Source: Felis catus
Lineage: Eukaryota
Length of the DNA: 64,000 nucleotides
NCBI RefSeq assembly: GCF_018350175.1
Contig: NC_058368.1
Coordinates: forward strand, 41,046,001-41,110,000
Reading direction: 5' to 3'
The translations under genes and the position numbers were made by a program. Below, in pieces: positions 13,751 to 25,597 of this stretch (the stretch's first letter is position 1; the number at the start of each line of letters is the position of its first letter). Under the pieces are notes generated by a model. That model saw only the letters and a program-made list of their open reading frames with translations. It was not told the origin of the DNA and searched no databases.

Positions 13751-13955
13751 TTTTATTTATTTTTTATTTTTATCCTTATTTTAGAGAGAAAGATAATGCA
13801 CAAACAGGGGAGAGGGTCAGAGGGATAGAGAGAGAATCTTAAGCAGGCTCCACACTCAGCAGGGAGCACAACATGGGGTTCCATGACTCTGGGATCATGA
13901 CCTGAGTAGAAATCAAGAGTCAGATGCTCAACCAACTCAGCCACCCATTTGCCCC
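13751..13955 (-). mobile_element. Can-SINE
   Basis: Reverse head and tail; TSD-like tctta(a)ccat. Confidence 0.9.
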
Positions 13956-14166
13956 ACTCTTACCATAGTTTAAAAAGAACACTTTTCCCTCACAGGTTTC
14001 ACTACCTAACTATACATTCATCCCTTGTCATATTGGATTTTTCTTCTTCTTAATTATGTGTCAAGTTTTTCTTTCACATTTCATCTTTGGATGTTGAAAT
14101 TGAGTGGTCTCCTTCAAATTGTATTTAACTCCTCCTTCCATCAAGTATTATGTTGGTTACTCTTAC

Positions 14167-14434
14167 CTTTCAAATGTTTCTCTTTGGTTTCTTCATTTCC
14201 TCTTTTTTTCCCTATTAGCCCGTAATCCTACATTTTCTATATTTCTTGGTGATATATTGCCACAATTTAGAAAAATATTTTACTTTTAAAGAAAAATATT
14301 TTAAATTTTTCAGTTTTCTGTCTTTGGGCTTCTCTTTTTTGTCCTCTCTAGTCTTTCCCATTGTAATCCATTCACTTCTGGGGTTTCATATTTTACTTCT
14401 TTGTGTATTGTTTACACAGTTCTGTGAGTGGTTG
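14167..14434 (-). pseudogene. Candidate first coding exon of the minus-strand pseudogene
   Basis: Acceptor ...gtcttaag, donor AAG|GTAAGA. ATG at 14361-14359 in good Kozak context (acaATGG). Reads MGKTREDKKEKPKDRKLKNLKYFSLKVKYFSKLWQYITKKYRKCRITG** then further stops. Confidence 0.45.
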
Positions 14435-14658
14435 CTTAAGACAGTAAATATATGGAAACCAATACAAGGTAGAATTGCTAGTGGCATTTGTGTTGAATAA
14501 ATGTTGTCTGATCCATTTTGCACTATGAGCTGCGTAAAGTTGAACTGCACCATGGGTCCCCTTTTTCACAATGATTTTACTTAGCTACGCTTGATAAGCA
14601 ACCAGGACCTTGGCATGCTGATAGAATATAGTGCTAATCCTCTAGAAAGCGTATATAC

Positions 14659-14800
14659 CTCAGTACGTTACAGCAGCCACAAGAATCACCACAAAGTCCC
14701 CTCTTCTCACCCTCTCTCCCACCATAACTGCAGTTATGCCACTGTTTTTTTGCCCCAGAAGCACAATTCGGTGCAGAACTGTACCCAGGAAAACAACATA
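14659..14800. promoter_or_regulatory. Putative bidirectional promoter between the two decayed genes
   Basis: Locally GC-richer interval between a minus-strand donor (GAG|GTATAT, AC at 14657-14658) and the first plus-strand coding-like segment. It contains the perfect palindrome CATAACTGCAGTTATG (14723-14738; TAACTG MYB core on both strands) and a degenerate RFX X-box-like GTACCCAGGAAAAC (14781-14794). Confidence 0.5.
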
Positions 14801-15279
14801 GGTAGTGGTCATTTGTAAAATTAATGAAGTATGGTTCCATTACATTATTCTTGAAAAATACTATGCTGATACACCAACTAGCCCCTGGTTAAAAAAGTCA
14901 CAGGAAAGCTGAAAGACTTTTGTGAATGCCTCAGCTTTAGAAATATTTTAGAAAGACTAATATGAATAAAGTTTTGAATGGTGAAGTTGTATGAATGGGT
15001 AAAGTTTTAAAGTTTAAAAATAAAGATATATCAAAGGAGTTTAATAATTTAGTAAAAGAATAAAAGATAATTTCTAGGTGTGATAGAAATTGGGTCAGGA
15101 TTTTGAAGACAGAGGGACATCAATTCAATTGTTCGGGCATTGAACAGAATTTTTTTTTTTAAATTTAGTTTTGCCTGATAGAGTTTTAAGAATAAAAATA
15201 TTTTTAAATTTAGTTAAATAAATACAGGAACAATAAAACTGTGATGATTTTCTTTTAAAACAGAGCAAAAAGGGCAGGG

Positions 15280-15445
15280 GGGGGGCTTGAGTGTTTCAGT
15301 CAGTTAAGTGTCCAACTCTTGATGTCAGATCATGTCTTGATCTCAGGGTTGTGAGTTCAAGCCCTGAACTGGGCTCCATGCTGGGTGTGGAGCCTACTTA
15401 AAATAAGTAAATGAATAAATAAATACATAAATAAATAAGAACAAA
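15280..15445 (+). mobile_element. Short Can-SINE lacking the (CT)n linker
   Basis: cagtcagttaagtgtccaactcttgat...ggagcctacttaaaataa. Confidence 0.85.
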
Positions 15446-15646
15446 AATAGTTTAAGTATACATCAGTTTGTTTTTGTTGGTAAAAATATTTGGTCTATTA
15501 AAATTCAGAAACAGTCATAATAAAATGTGAAGTCATGTGTTAGTAATCAATATAAATAAACAATAAAGTAAAATAATGCATTTGTAAAATATGTGTAAGA
15601 AGAATAAATATAGATAACCATTTCAGTAAATGCCTTTTATACCCAG

Positions 15647-17151
15647 ATATGATAAATAAGATAAGCAGTCTATCATATGATGAATTAGGTAACATGAAAT
15701 CTTTCAATATATGGTTCAAAGGAATAAAATTGTTCTTTTGACAATGAGAATATAATTTTCATAGGAAGTTAAACATTTTCTTCCCAAAACAACGAATAAA
15801 TACATTGAAATTTATGCCATTCCATTTATTGAAGATGTCACCAGAAATGTACATAAACTTTCAAGATGAGAAAATGCAAACTAAAATGAATACTGTGATA
15901 GAACAAGTGACCATGACACATGTTTAAGTGTTTTGTTTGTCAAAGTACAGTGTTTCAGTAGAAGCATAGAGGTTACTTGCAAAATTAGCTGCTTATTAAG
16001 TTACAAAAATGAATGTGATATTCTGTTGGTTAATGGTATATTTTAGGACTGTGAAGATCTTGAAATGATATCTAGCCTCCCCCCCACCCCAACTCTGAGG
16101 GCCTGGTGTTTTGGGTGGTGGTCTAGTTGTTGAGAGAGAAAATAGATGTCTTAATATAGATATAATAAACAAAGTTTATAACTATTGTAGGATATTAGTT
16201 GTATCAATAATTGTGTGTTTTCTATACATGATAAGAGGGAGAGATAATTAAAGGGGTAGATTTAAAGACAGAATCTCATTAGCTTTCTTAATTTTAATAG
16301 GGTAAATTGCAGTGAAAACACAACAATCAAATGTAAATTTTTCAACCAGTCTCCTATAATTTATTGTGTTGTTTTGTTTTTCTCTTGTGTTTACTTGAAC
16401 AATAATGTTTTCTTTTATTTTGTTTTGTATTTGCTCTCTTTTGTATTCAGGAGAAAAAAACAATTTTTTGAACCAGTTTTACTTTTAATTCCAAAGAATT
16501 TCTGAAGTCTGGTCAAAGCATCAATATCCACATGATCTGCAATCATATTAATACAAATGCTAAATTTTAGAAAATTGTGACATTCTCCAAGTTTACAAAC
16601 ATGGTGAGCTTTCCTTCCTTCTATCTTGCTTTCTTGCTTTCTTTCTTCTTTCCTTATATTTGTTTTTAGAGAGGGACAGTGCAAGTGGCAAGTGTTGGTG
16701 GGGAGGGGCAGAGGGAGAGAGAGAGAATCTTAATCAGGCTCCACCCTGAGCATGGTGTACCATGTCCCTGGGATCATGACCTGAGAGGAAATCAAGAGTC
16801 AGATGCTCAACTAACTGAGCCACCCTGGAGACCCTCCCTTAATTATTTAAAAATGTTATTTTTCTTTTAAAGTAGTCAATTATAAATATGAAGTCACTAC
16901 TTTTCAAATTATTGTTTAGAATCAAATATATCCAACATGTAAATTAAATCATTTTAGTGGAAATACTTGTTATTAGCTTTAGATCAACTCAGAGTTTCAA
17001 AGATAAGATATTCTACACATGCTTATAAATTATTTTATGAAAACAGAAAAAGTAAATTTCAGCAGCTTACAAGAGAATGGAAAAGTTAAAAATAAATTTA
17101 GGATATATGTTTAGTGTTATGAGGAAAATATTTCTTGAGGAACATAACCAA
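15647..17151 (+). pseudogene. Exons 15647-15688, 15765-16035, 16451-16603 and 16983-17151 of the CFAP46-like pseudogene
   Basis: For example, the acceptor ttttgtatttgctctcttttgtattcag and donor ATG|GTGAGC flank a 153-bp exon. 76-nt intron at 15689-15764. Open stretches KLNIFFPKQRINTLKFMPFHLLKMSPEMY... and DQLRVSKIRYSTHAYKLFYENRK. Confidence 0.6.
16655..16836 (-). mobile_element. Can-SINE
   Basis: gagagaatcttaatcaggctcc...ctgagccaccc. Confidence 0.88.
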
Positions 17152-17429
17152 GTAAAGAAATTCCAACTAATTTGATTACTGTTTACTTTCCTGGATTACA
17201 TAGTTTGCTACATGATAGGAAGTTGAGTTGGAATAATTAGTGGATTTGGAGATATACATGCTATATAACATACAGTTTTATTTTCTTTCATGCCTTCTCA
17301 GCTCATTAGACCTTTTTTTGCTTCACCCCTATATAGTTTGGTAACTTACAACTCAAGTTTTATTAAAACTGTGGCCCATAGTAAGAAATGCATCGTATAT
17401 CAAAATCCAGGAAATGTAAACACAAAATG

Positions 17430-17610
17430 AGTGAGTGGGGCACAAGGCATTTTTAGGGCAGTGAAACTATTCTGTATGGTACTGTAATGGTGGATATATG
17501 ACAGTTTACACTTTGTCAACATCCTCAGAATTGTGTGACATGAAGAATGAAACTTTGGACTTTAGTTAATAATAATGTATCAATATTGGCTTATTAATTT
17601 TAACAAGTGT
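17430..17610 (+). mobile_element. L1MC-type 3' fragment
   Basis: ttttagggcagtgaaactattctgtatggtactgtaatggtggata...ggactttagttaataataatgtatcaatattgg. Confidence 0.7.
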
Positions 17611-17902
17611 AGTCGAGAAAGCCTGTCCCACTCAGGACCTTGGGCTGCAGGTCTGAGAGGAAAGACCACAGGAAATGACAGAACTAGGAAGTGGTTCTCA
17701 AAGTGCAGTCTTTTAAGTCTGTGTAGAGGAAGGCATCGCAGGGAGACGCCACATCAGGAGTATAGGCAGAGGCAGACAGACAGGCAGCAGACAGGAGGCA
17801 AGGTGGTGCAATGTGAGAAGAAAGGAAGCCTGAAAGGAATACCCGAGTAGTCCAAAAGATATGGCAAAACAGAAAGAGCTGAAGAAAAACTTTCCTCTGG
17901 AG

Positions 17903-18142
17903 TAGAGTTGCCATACTTAATATACAAAATGCCTAGTTCAATTTGAATTTCGGATTAACAGCTATACACACAAACACACACACACATGCCCTGGGTGTAT
18001 ATACTATACATATATACTATATGTGTATATAGGTATAAATGCATCACATACAATATTTGGGACATACTTATACTACAATTTAGTCATTATTTATCTGAAA
18101 TTCAAATTTAACTGAACATCCGAAATTTATCTGACATCCCTA
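17903..18142. mobile_element. MER53-type hAT MITE
   Basis: TIR tagagttgcca...tgacatcccta. Perfect 8-bp TSD ctctggag (17895-17902, 18143-18150). Confidence 0.88.
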
Positions 18143-18530
18143 CTCTGGAGGGATACCCATAATTTTTCTACTCACCTCTTTTTTTATTTTTTCCCTTGGG
18201 AAATGTCTAAGTTCCCCGAGGAAGCTCAGAGAGTATAATCATGTTTCCATGTTCTGGACACTGGAGGATGTAGAAAACTCCAACTACAAGGCCAGACTGC
18301 ATCTACATTGTAGAAATTAGTGTCTGGCCAAGGTGTGGGGGCATCCAGCTTGCTTCACTGGCCTACCTCATTCTGATTTATGACTTATATTTTGCTTAAG
18401 TGTAGATCAAGAGGAGAGGGTAGAAGACTTATTCTTACTTCCTCCCTTTTTAAAAAAGAACCACATGTATTTCTGTCTGTGTCAAGAGCAGGAGCCACTT
18501 TAAAAATGTTTTCCTATGTGTGTATTTTTA

Positions 18531-18770
18531 TTTTTATTTTTTATTTTTTATTTTTTTAAATTTTTTTTTAACGTTTATTTATTTTTGAGACAGAGAGAGA
18601 CAGAGCATGAACAGGGGAGGGGCAGAGAGAGAGGGAGACACAGAATCCGAAGCAGGCTCCAGCCTCTGAGCCATCAGCCCAGAGCCTGACGCGGGGCTCG
18701 AACTCACGGACCGCGAGATCGTGACCTGGCTGAAGTCGGACGCTTAACCGACTGCGCCACCCAGGCGCCC
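18531..18770 (-). mobile_element. Can-SINE (young, CpG-rich)
   Basis: TSD cctatgtgtgtattttta. Confidence 0.95.
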
Positions 18771-19344
18771 CCTATGTGTGTATTTTTATATTGCTGTTTG
18801 TTCCGTTTGCGTTTAATTAGCCCTCCACATGAGACCTGGTATAGGATGTACATTTCTAAAGCCTTAGCCTGGCAGTGTCTGTATCCAGGGATGGGAGTCT
18901 GAGACTGAGAAACATTAAGACAAGGGACATTTGGGTAGAATATGTCTAGGATAAAATTATTCTCAGGTGAATATAGTTTTGATAAAATGAAACTGCAATA
19001 ACACAAAAGGAGTTATTTTTTCTGAAAAACCATGCTGATCAGTCATATTGAATGTTAAGAATTACAGTGCTGAAAGTAATATCGGAGGGTATGGTATAAC
19101 TCTCACCCAAGTAAAAAGAAATAAAACCAGAAATCCATGTGTGTTAATATATTTTATATGACTGAGAAGAAAGGGACAAGATCGTTAGATGCACTCCAGG
19201 AAAATTGGCTATTTAAGAGAAAGAATGATGACAGGGGAAGGAGTTTAACTTTCTTTTTACATATTTTTGCAGTTTTATTTTTGATAATGCTCACATATCT
19301 TTTTTTAAGAAAAAATAAATTCATTTTGAAAACTTGAAATACAG

Positions 19345-20462
19345 ATTTGTATCTATTGTATGATATGTCACTGTGTATATATGAAATACAAAAGAATGGT
19401 TTATAACTTTGTGCTTTTCATGCATTATTATAATGTGAGAGAATTTTCAACTCCAATAGACTGTCTCAGTTTTCAAAGCTTTACTTTTACTTGTTTAAAA
19501 TTTTTATTTAAATGCTAGTTAGCTAACATATGGTGCAATATTGGTTTCATGAGTAGAATTCAGTGATTAATCACCTACATACAACATCCAGTACTCATCA
19601 CAAGTGCTCTCCTTAATACTCATCACCCGCTTAGCCAATCCCCTGCCGGCCTCCCCTCCAGTAACCCTCAGTTTGTTTTCTATCATTAAGAGTCTCTTAA
19701 GGTTTGTTTCCCCTCTCTTTTCCCCCCCTTTCCCATATGTTCATCTGTTTTGTTTCTTAAATTCCACGAGTGAAGTCATATGGTATTTGTCTTTCTCTGA
19801 CTGACTCATTTCGCTTAGCATAGTACACTCTAGCTTCATTCACATCGTTGCAAATGGCGAGATTTCACTTTTTAATGGCTTAGTAATATTCCATTGTATA
19901 TATTTATACCACTTCTTTTTTGATTCCTCAATCAATGGACATTTGAACTCTTTCCATAGTTAGGCTATTATTGAAAATGCTGTTATAAACATCAGTGTTA
20001 TGCAACCCTTCAAATCTGTATTTTTGTATCCTTTAGGTAAATATCTAGTAGTGCAATTGCTGGGTCTAGAATAGTTCTATTTTTAACTTTTTGAGAAACC
20101 TCCATACTGTTTTCCATAGTGGCTACACCTAGTTTGCATTCTGACCAACAGCGTAAGAGGGTTCCGCTTTCTCTACATCCTCGCCATCATCTGCTGTTTC
20201 CTGTGTTGTTAATTTTAGTCATTCTGAGAGGCGTGACGTGGTATCTTATCATGGTTCCAAAATTTACTTTTGAAGAAAATGAAGAATCCAAAATTACATG
20301 ATGCCCAGGAATAGTGTTACTATGAGAAAAGGAAGCCATGAAATAGCATATTCTGTTTTTGAATGGGGAGCACTGAAGACTTCCATCAGAACCAATGCCA
20401 AGGTCCAGGAGGAGATTAAAACTTAGGCATGCAAGAAAATCAGAGAATCTTGTAACTATCAA
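19345..20462 (+). pseudogene. Exon of the CFAP46-like pseudogene split by an L1 insertion (19345-19488 + 20272-20462)
   Basis: Acceptor aaatacag, donor CAA|GTAAGA. Removing the L1 and one TSD copy joins ...DCLSFQSFTF to EENEESKIT... in frame. Confidence 0.6.
19489..20254 (-). mobile_element. 5'-truncated older carnivore L1 (3' end)
   Basis: L1 3'UTR/ORF2-end sequence. Imperfect 17-bp TSD ttcaaagctttactttt (19472-19488) / ttccaaaatttactttt (20255-20271). Confidence 0.9.
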
Positions 20463-20761
20463 GTAAGATGTCAGTGAATAAAGTTTAAAAGAAAAGATTA
20501 CAGAACAGAATCTTAAAATGCTGCCACACTGAAGCTATTCTTGATTTTAGCTTTCATTTCATGTGTATCATTCTGTGATAATTCAATCATATAATTCTAC
20601 CAGTTAAAAATAATACTAGATATACTGTCCATTTGCTTATATACTATATGTACATCTGTGCTTTATAAATGGAAAAAGTAAGGTATTTTCACCCACGTTC
20701 AGCAATACTTGTCTCTCCCTTGGAAAATATATTGCTCTCATTGAAAAGGCGAATGCATGCC

Positions 20762-21110
20762 CTTATGATTCTCAAGCTTTTTGATCTTGGAAACATTTTG
20801 CACACTTAAGAATTATTAAGGACTCCAAAGAGATTTTGTGTTTATGGCTTGTATGTATCAATACTTACTATATTTATAATGAAAACTAAGAATGTAAAGC
20901 TCTATGTATACATTTATTTTAATGTAACAATAATAAACTTATTACATATTAATGTAAATTGCATACTTTATGTGGAAATAACTATATAATTCAAGACAAA
21001 ACAATAGATGTTATAAAAAGAGTGGCATTGATTACATTTTTGCAATTTTTTTACAAAATGGGAATTACCTGGATTCTTCTATATCTCCTTCTGATTCCAT
21101 GATTTGGGAT
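20762..21110. mobile_element. hAT-Charlie-type non-autonomous DNA transposon fragment
   Basis: ttctcaagctttttg...aattattaaggactccaaagag...agagtggcattg...acatttttgcaa. Confidence 0.6.
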
Positions 21111-21715
21111 TCCATATTATTTTCCCTTTCAATTAAAAAAAAAGTTGCAAAACTTATAAAAACCTAGGGGTTATATAAAATATAAATACAATGGTGAAAT
21201 GACTATGTATAATGTGTTTTTATATAGTATATATTTTTATATTTTTTGAATAGTCATCTTTTAAGGGTTTAGTAATAGTTCTAATAAAATTGTATATTTG
21301 GGGGCAAGACATTCCCTTATATAACATTGTTGCACAAAATTCTATGAGAATGCTCATAGAAGGGTAAATATTTTTATAATATAATATTCTTAGAAATTTA
21401 ACAATAAGCACTTTACTTATTAATAAATATTTCTATGGTCTATAACTTATTTATTGGTTCTAATATGCTGGATTCTATGATACTGTAAAAAGAACTAAGA
21501 TTCTGAAGAAATTAATGTATTTTCAAGAAAAGTTTTGAAAGGTATTTTAATGAAAAATTAGATTTTTTAATATAACCCATAATATATTTAATATTAAATA
21601 AAAGTAATTTTAAATATCACAAATTCTATATATTAAATTTCACAAACATATATATTTAAAGAAAAACATAAAAGTGTCTGTTAAATCAACTCATTCATCC
21701 ACCTATCTCCCTAAG

Positions 21716-24407
21716 GCTCATTTGTGGACATCAAGATTTAACAATGGGATTGACATCACTTGCTCCAGATGGACTTCTTGGGGATAAGCCCAAACTTCAC
21801 ATATGGTCTTAATTCAGACAGAGGAGGCTTAGTAGTTACAGCATGTAAGAGGGTCATGAGTTAGAATAAGATAGAAATGTTCTTAAATGGTTCAAAGAAT
21901 TGTAACCAGATGCATATTCAGCATATTAATGATTTTGCTTCCAAGTTTAATTTTACCTGCAATTGTAATTGATTCTACAAGTTTTCCCAATATCCCACTG
22001 ATGTACTTGCCATCTGGAGATGCCACATATAGTGACAGTGTTAGCTTTGTGCATAATAAGCAATTGGAAAATGTGCAGAACTTAGTTTTCTCATTTACTA
22101 TATACATGTTATTTTTAAACCTAAGGAATGACCTTTCAAGTATTCAAGTCATGTATTAAATTAGAGAAAAATATGTCCAAATATCTAGTGTTAATAGTAC
22201 ATAAGGTGACTTAATAGTAGTTTTTATAAACTATTGCCAATAGTGAATTATTTATAAAGCTTAATTGCAATAAATATTTTTCCTTAAAATTAATATTTTA
22301 TAATAAATTTTGAGAATATGATACAAAGTACATATTTTTGAATGTTTTTTTTATTTTTTTCAACAAGATTTTTTTAATAAACATTCTTGTGTTGTGCATT
22401 CTTGATATAAACCACAAGGTTAGTATAGGCAACACATTTCAACTTTAAGGATTTTGAATGGAAACAAATTTGCTAGATAAAACTACAACATATTCACTAA
22501 TAAACTGTGCCTGTTTTTATTGATTTTATCTGTATGTTTGACAAGTTACTACAAATATTAAATTTGAATAGGGAGAATACTTATATTTTCAAAGGCCTCC
22601 CTTTTAAAAGATTTGTACATATTAAGATGTCACTTGAGACTTGTGTTTGAATTCTTTGTGAATACTCAATGATCCATGAGGCTGAATTAAATTTCATGTA
22701 AGAAACTATCATATTCAAAGCAACTATGTACTGTAGGTTAGAGCTCAGTTTAGATAATTTCATATGAAAATCACTTCCAGGGTAAACTTAAAAGCATTTT
22801 AAAAATGCTTTGCATGAATTGTCACTATTATATGTATAAATTGAAGAGCATATAATGTATATTAATGATAGAGTCAAACCTTTTTTGACCTTTCCAGTTT
22901 GAGTTTGTTTGTAGTGACTAAATTCATTTTAGTCCATTCTGCATCATTTCATAGAACAACTGTTAGCTAGAAGATGCAGTGCAGTCACTTGAATTTCAAG
23001 GGAGATGCTGAATCAAAATAGCTACGTCAGTATAATGAATGGTATGTTTCTTGAGTTTCTAGTAATATTGATGCCATAAAGATACTATATTCTGTTGTGG
23101 AAAATATATGGAGAAAAATTTTAAACTTTTTGTCAGTAATAATCTCTGGTCTTATGATTTCTGATATCACTCGTTAAATGTGAAGGTGGTGGGAGAGTGA
23201 ATTAATCATATATACCGGACTGAAATGAAAGAAGATTTTTTGTTTATTTATTTGTTTGCATATTTTGGAGCTTTTATAGGATGAGAATAATTGCTTTTCC
23301 AGAAACCTCTCCAATACTACTTCATACAAACACCCAAGAAGAGGGAGAGCTCTGAAGCCAGGGTACTGGATTTTGTGTCCTGTGCCATTTTTAGTAAGTG
23401 TGATCTTAGGCAAAGATTTGACATTTCTGTGCCACATAATCCTTTTTTGTAACATGAAGATGTTGGTAATGCCTTTTAAGATTTTTATAAAGGTTAAAGG
23501 TGCTTAAAGTGCATAAATACTTTGAGATTTACTGGTACATAGTAAACAATCAAGGAACATGTTATTTAACATATTCACTGGAAAGCAATCCTTCAAAACA
23601 AGTACATTTTACACCATGAGTAATCTTGAAATGTATAATTTCTTCAAATGCATTCAGACACACAAATTTGTGCAGTTCTGAAGACTTTTGTGTTTGTATT
23701 TTTTTACCTTAACTTTGATTTAAAGAAAACTGAGAAAAATATGAAGTGAATATAACTGTATTTTATATCAGTCTGTGCATGGTAGTACTTTTCCTACAAA
23801 AGTGATTATTTAAAGTGGGTTACTCTTGCTACTTTATTCTTGTGTGACAAATTACTACACCGGACAACCCATAATCAAAGAAAGTTCGTACGAGTAGAAA
23901 TAATAGCTGGATAAGATTATACTGACTGTTTGTTTGTTTGTTTACTTACTTAATTACTTACTTAATATGGGAACCACAGGAAAGCAAGTTACTAAGCTTT
24001 TTAACTTGATTAGGGAAAAAGCATTAAATGTGAAAAAATCTTAATCTGTTTACCATTGCTACTCTGCATGTAAATGAAAGATTAAACAAAAGTTTCATGA
24101 GTAGATATTTTATAATCTATAGGTCTAATTACAATAAATTTAGAAAAGTCAGAAGTGTAATTTGAAAAAAGAATTTTGATAGTTACTAGGATATGTAGAT
24201 CGGCTGGGCTTCTTAAAATATCAGATGCAGTGGGTAGTGTTGTTATATGGATGGGGTTTTAGACAGCATAATGGCACTTTGTGACTATGTCTGATATTTT
24301 TACATCACAAAAATTGGAAGTGAATGGATTTTGATTAATTGAAAAATTATAAAAAGGGCATACAGAAGATAAAGGATTAAATGATGTCTGGAAAGTTTAG
24401 AATAATG
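21716..24407 (+). pseudogene. Exons 21716-21844, 22955-23041 and weaker candidates (22595-22736, 24183-24407) of the CFAP46-like pseudogene
   Basis: Donors CAT|GTAAGA (21845) and ATG|GTATGT (23042). Peptides LICGHQDLTMGLTSLAPDGLL and QLLARRCSAVT*ISREMLNQ. Confidence 0.5.
23345..23570 (+). mobile_element. MIR SINE
   Basis: gtgtgatcttaggcaaagatttgacatttctgtgcc core and ctggtacatagtaaacaatcaa tail. Confidence 0.7.
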
Positions 24408-25019
24408 TAGTATATGTGTATTTTTTAAATTTTTATTTAAATATAATTCACATACCATAACGTTTACCATTTTAAAATGTTCAACTCACAGATTTTTGAT
24501 ATATTTGCAAACTTGTACAACCATCACTGCTACCTAATTTTGAAATATTTTCATCACCCAAAAGTGAAACTCAGCATTGTTAGTCATGCTCCACTCTCTT
24601 TCCCCCAGGCCTCTGCAAATGCTAATCTGATTTCTGTCTCTATGGATCTGCCTACTCTGGACACTTCATAGAAACACTATCATACAATACATGGCTTTTT
24701 GAGTCTGATTTCTTTTAATTAGCATACTATTTTCAACAGTCACCCATGCTGTACCATGCAACAAAATATAGTCCTTTTTATGGGTATATAATACTCTGTT
24801 GTGTAGATATACCACCTTGCTTATCCATTCATCAATTGATGGACATTTGGGTTGTTTCCACTTTTTGGCAACTACATACAATTTTTTCTGTGTATATTCA
24901 TGTACAAGATACTGTGTGGACATATGTTTTCCTGTTCCTATGAGTGGATTGATGGAGCATGTATATAGTCCCTCTGCTTTACTGTTTAAAAAATCTGCCA
25001 AATTGTTCTCCAAAGTGGC

Positions 25020-25597
25020 TGTACTAGGATTGCCATAGCAGAATACCTCCAACACGATGACTTAGAATAACAGAAATGTATTACCTCACAGTTCTGGAAG
25101 GTAGAAGTCTAAGAAGATAGAAGGCCTTACCCTTTGAAGGCTGTAAGGAAGTACCTGTCCTTGCCTCTTTCCACTTCTGGTAGCTCTTAGCAACCTTGGC
25201 TACAGGAAACTCAGTCTCTGCCTCCATCTTCTCAATGCTTTCTTTCCCCTCTGTGTTTCCTCTTTCCTCTTTGCTTTTTATAAGGGTATGTTATAAAAGA
25301 TTTAAGGTCTACTTTAATTTTTTTAAGTTTATTTATTTATGTTGAGAGACAGTGTGAATTGGGTGGAGGCAGAGAGAGAGAATCCAAATCGGGCTCCATA
25401 GTGTCAGTGCAGAGCCTGACGTATGGCTTGAACCCACAAACCATGAGGTCATGACCTGAGCCGAAACCAAGAGTCAGACGCTTTCCCGACTGAGCTACCC
25501 AGGGCGCCCCTTGAAGACTCCATTTCAAATAAGGTCATATTATGATGCTCTGGATGGACATGAATTTTTGAGGGGCACAGTTTAACTCCCTGCTCTA
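25020..25597. mobile_element. MLT1-type (MaLR) solo LTR nested in L1M
   Basis: acagaaatgtattacctcacagttctggaaggtagaagtctaag and tttcaaataaggtcatatt are characteristic MLT1A-D segments. Confidence 0.75.
25318..25510 (-). mobile_element. Can-SINE nested in MLT1
   Basis: Reverse head ...agggcgcccc. Confidence 0.9.

Noticed and set aside
16451..16603. Three in-frame TGA codons in one frame, suggesting selenocysteine recoding
   Set aside because: Other exons contain TAA/TAG stops, frameshifts and an L1 insertion, and I see no SECIS. Neutral decay explains it.
21887..22159. 90-aa stand-alone ORF, and similar short ORFs at 7816, 14591, 54248, 55330 and 59148
   Set aside because: No recognisable domain. 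They are expected by chance, or overlap pseudo-exons or old repeats in part or in antisense.
14800..24400. Endogenous viral element or DNA transposase as the source of the coding-like AT-rich sequence
   Set aside because: No viral polymerase, Rep or DDE motifs were recognised, and the coding-like blocks are bounded by spliceosomal sites.
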